From positions 11,160,001-11,224,000 of the forward strand of contig NC_135254.1 in the NCBI RefSeq assembly GCF_964204865.1: DNA of 64,000 nucleotides, read 5' to 3'. Positions 61,501 through 64,000 of the stretch are shown here, piece after piece. The stretch's first letter is position 1; every line of letters begins with the position of its first letter. This DNA comes from Styela clava. Lineage: Eukaryota. A model generated the notes under the pieces. It ran no database searches. It was not told where the DNA came from and was given only the letters and a program-made list of their open reading frames with translations. The position numbers and the translations under genes are program-made.

Positions 61501-64000
61501 TTGTCAGATATAATTAACAATTACGAAGCATTCCTGTTCGATCACAATGATTTTTTATTAGCATGAGGGTTAAATGAGAATTTTCTTTAAATATAGTTTT
61601 AACTCGACATCATCGAGTAATTTGTCAACATGGCATTAACAAGAAAATTTCTGAGATATAAATCATCATAAAATAGCACATATGCAAGCTAAAACATATA
61701 ATATTTCATATATTATTTTCGGATTTTAAAATATATTTAAATTTTATGTATAGGCATTCACTTACCACTTACAGTGTTTCCCAACCTGGGCATACTTTTT
61801 ATACATACCCTAAATTGTTTATGTATCTAATTTCAGGAAAAAGTGGGAAATAAAATTGCAAGAAACACTTGGTCCAAATCATGTGTTGGCACATGCAGTA
61901 TCACACGGTGTTTTACATATGTCTATATTTATAAGACGAGATCTAATATGGTTTTGTTCACGTAAGTGTCATGGCTCTTGTCACAGATGTGGCTTTATAT
62001 TCAAAATAAATATAACACATATTGCAAAATGATTAAATCATCGTTACTGGAATTTTGATATTGTAGCAAAATATTTTACTGTCATAGAAACACAAGTTCA
62101 GTGATATATATTCGCAATTCAGTATACAAATATAAAAAATATGCTGTGACCAAATATTGCTTGTGATGGTCTCTTTTTTTCATTGCATTATCCCAGCCCA
62201 GTTGGCTTTACTAGTTGGGTAGACTGTGGAATCATGTATGTCTGCTGGTTTGTGTAACCTAACCCACTATATTACCTGGGAGAATTAGAAATCGTTTGGT
62301 ATGCTAGTCCATATTTCTGCATCAATGTGGCTTCTGTACTTTTTGCTGTGATTAAATACAGAAGTATTGAATTTGGAAAAATTCTTAGATAATGGATCTT
62401 TTCTTTTTTCATTTGTCTAGTCATTTCATTATGCTTTGTTCCAAGCCTCAAGTTTTTTTTTACAACAGCATTCGAAGAAGATCGTGTGACAACAAGAATG
62501 GTTTCACAAATCAAAACGAAAGGAGCGGTTGCAATATCTTTTCAATTTTTCGGTACATCAATGATATTTATAACATCACACTTTCATTGTAAGTTTTCAT
62601 TTTGAATACCAGTGAGAAATAATGTTGCTTCTCTTCAATAGCTAATTGTTAGGTATCACACTTGCACAAGCAGGATGAAGCATATTTCAATGAGTGCTCA
62701 AAGCAATATTCTCATTACATAAGGAGCTGTGGGGGTTGATTCTAAGCAAATCACATATTACCGTAGTAGTATTAAGGGTTATCCTGTAGTGTGTGGGTTA
62801 GGGTTAGTCCATAATTTTCTTTCGATTTTCCTTATTTAGTTCTATTACAAGTTTGGGGACTGTCTGTGTTAGCCAAGTGAATATACCATAGGTTCCAGTC
62901 CCTTTACACAACATGATGTAAAGTAGGCGAACAAAATCAGTTAGCTCCACATTGGTACGCACACTTCTGAAGCACTGTATATAGTATATTATATACATGA
63001 AAACTGTTATTTTGAGAAATATTAATGGAAGATTATAGAACAGACATGATATGTTGTAAATTATGTTTTCACTACACTTTGAAAATAGCCGATTATTTTA
63101 GATTTACTGTCAAAACACCATTTGGCCTGAAATTCAACTTTGTTTTATATGTATATTTAGCTTGCCAGATTTCCAAATTCAGATTTGAAAATATGAAATT
63201 GAAATATAAATTGATCTCAATATGAAAATATCCTATTATTTTAGATTTACTGTTAAAACATCATTTGGCCTGAAATTCAACTTTGTTTAATATATTTATT
63301 TAGCTTGCCAGATTTCCAAATTCAGATTCGAAAATATGAAATTGAAATATAAATTAATCTCAATATATACTCTGTTGAGTATGATCTGTTGTGGTATAAA
63401 TTCAATATTCCATATTTAAAAGTGGTATTATAAAATGTATTCAAATCAGTGCATTATTCAGTATTGACCATCTGTATAATGATGCTCGATTATGGATTTG
63501 GGATTATTATATATACATGTTTATTACAGCTGGTGAAACGAGGGTGAAAGAACGCATCGAAGATTATAACAGAATAAAAGAAAGAATTAAATTACCTAGA
63601 AAATTAAAATGGGATACTTATAAAAGTTCACAAGATGACGTTACAACAAGGTAAATCTAAGTAGAATAGTTCAAAATTTAAAACTCTTTATATAGAATGC
63701 TTTTAAAAAAAAAGAATTCCCAATTATTCTGTGGAAAAAGGCATTTTTGTCACTTGTTTTTGAACAAGTTATGGTTGCTCTTACTTTATGAAATCTTGTT
63801 TAATATGACCAAGCATAGCATAGAATATATATGGCCTGCACTGTACAAGACTTGTTCTTGATTAGTTAGTCCTTGAATTATCTTCAATTTCGTTTTTACT
63901 TCCAAGATTTGATTGTACGTTTTGGTTTGGAGATTTGAATTTTCGAGTCAGTCAACCTCATGAAATAATGCACCAAGAAGTTAACAATCCAGATAATTAT
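49532..64000 (+). CDS. INPP5E: Inositol polyphosphate 5-phosphatase E, 3' incomplete; exons 49532-50123, 50757/50760-50914, 56219-56395, 56520-56779, 60173-60270, 60732-60852, 61837-61961, 62469-62588, 63530-63650, 63907 onward
   Basis: Phase-compatible exons. [109 protein letters not shown] closely match INPP5E. Linkage of the N-terminal exons is inferred from phase. Confidence 0.93.
52925..53230 (+). mobile_element. Helentron-associated (HINE/DINE-1-like) element
   Basis: gtctgtatgtatgt microsatellite near the 5' end and a 3' hairpin cggtctctgaccg followed by atattctcgttt; a duplicate of the 3' end sits at about 52873-52895. Confidence 0.45.
54354..54580 (-). mobile_element. Diverged SINE copy in INPP5E intron 2, antisense to the gene
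   Basis: gatttacatatttatc, gcatgaacttgatggtggag, ccagcaatcctct and ttcgaac..gtaat..gcggtggc..ctaacg align with the 41388-44174 SINE. Confidence 0.8.
55815..56050. repeat. Tandem duplication, 2 units of about 120 bp
   Basis: caggcaggttcaggaatctaaattaatgccagtttaaaatttatttttataatagcct... occurs twice head to tail. Confidence 0.9.
60954..61064. mobile_element. Hairpin MITE copy
   Basis: ccagaagtatgcgcaccaagatggcgcacaacctgaa...ttcaggttgtgcg...gtgcgcatacttctgg. Confidence 0.75.
62776..62976. repeat. Copy of the 5200/39476 MITE-like family
   Basis: Shared core; includes gggttagggttag near the 5' end. Confidence 0.7.
63081..63366. repeat. Tandem duplication, 2 units of 143 bp
   Basis: Units start at 63081 and 63224 (gaaaata..ttattttagatttactgt.aaaaca.catttggcctgaaattcaac...) with few mismatches. 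Confidence 0.92.

Noticed and set aside
62795-62808. Telomere-like GGGTTAGGGTTAG
   Set aside because: Only two units and part of a MITE-like repeat.
1-64000. CRISPR arrays, rRNA genes, prokaryotic defence systems
   Set aside because: No repeat-spacer arrays or rRNA-like sequence; the DNA is eukaryotic with spliceosomal introns. Most short ORFs in the track are intronic or antisense noise.

Overview
AT-rich animal genomic DNA with GT-AG introns; the compact genes and repeat landscape fit an invertebrate chordate such as an ascidian (inference). Eight protein-coding genes are readable. On the - strand: a membrane-anchored sulfotransferase-like gene, a Polycomb-like (PHF1/MTF2/PHF19) gene, GTF2H4 and PGLS. 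On the + strand: an intronless IRE1/RNase L-like pseudokinase with a degenerate KEN-like region, a C6orf136 homolog, an intronless kinesin-fold protein lacking ATPase motifs, and INPP5E (runs off the window). Introns and intergenic DNA hold many DNA transposons (a near-complete hAT, a deleted pogo, hAT-type MITEs with 8-bp TSDs, hairpin MITEs), a tRNA-derived SINE family and a poly(A) retro-insertion. Main observations: (1) human homologs of most of these genes lie in the MHC or its paralogous regions, suggesting a proto-MHC block containing an RNase L-like gene; (2) the kinase-KEN protein appears catalytically dead in both domains and carries a beta-TrCP degron motif; (3) the kinesin appears to be a pseudo-motor; (4) an antisense SINE in an INPP5E intron forms an in-frame 135-nt candidate cassette exon. 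All alignments to known proteins were done by eye from memory; no searches were run.
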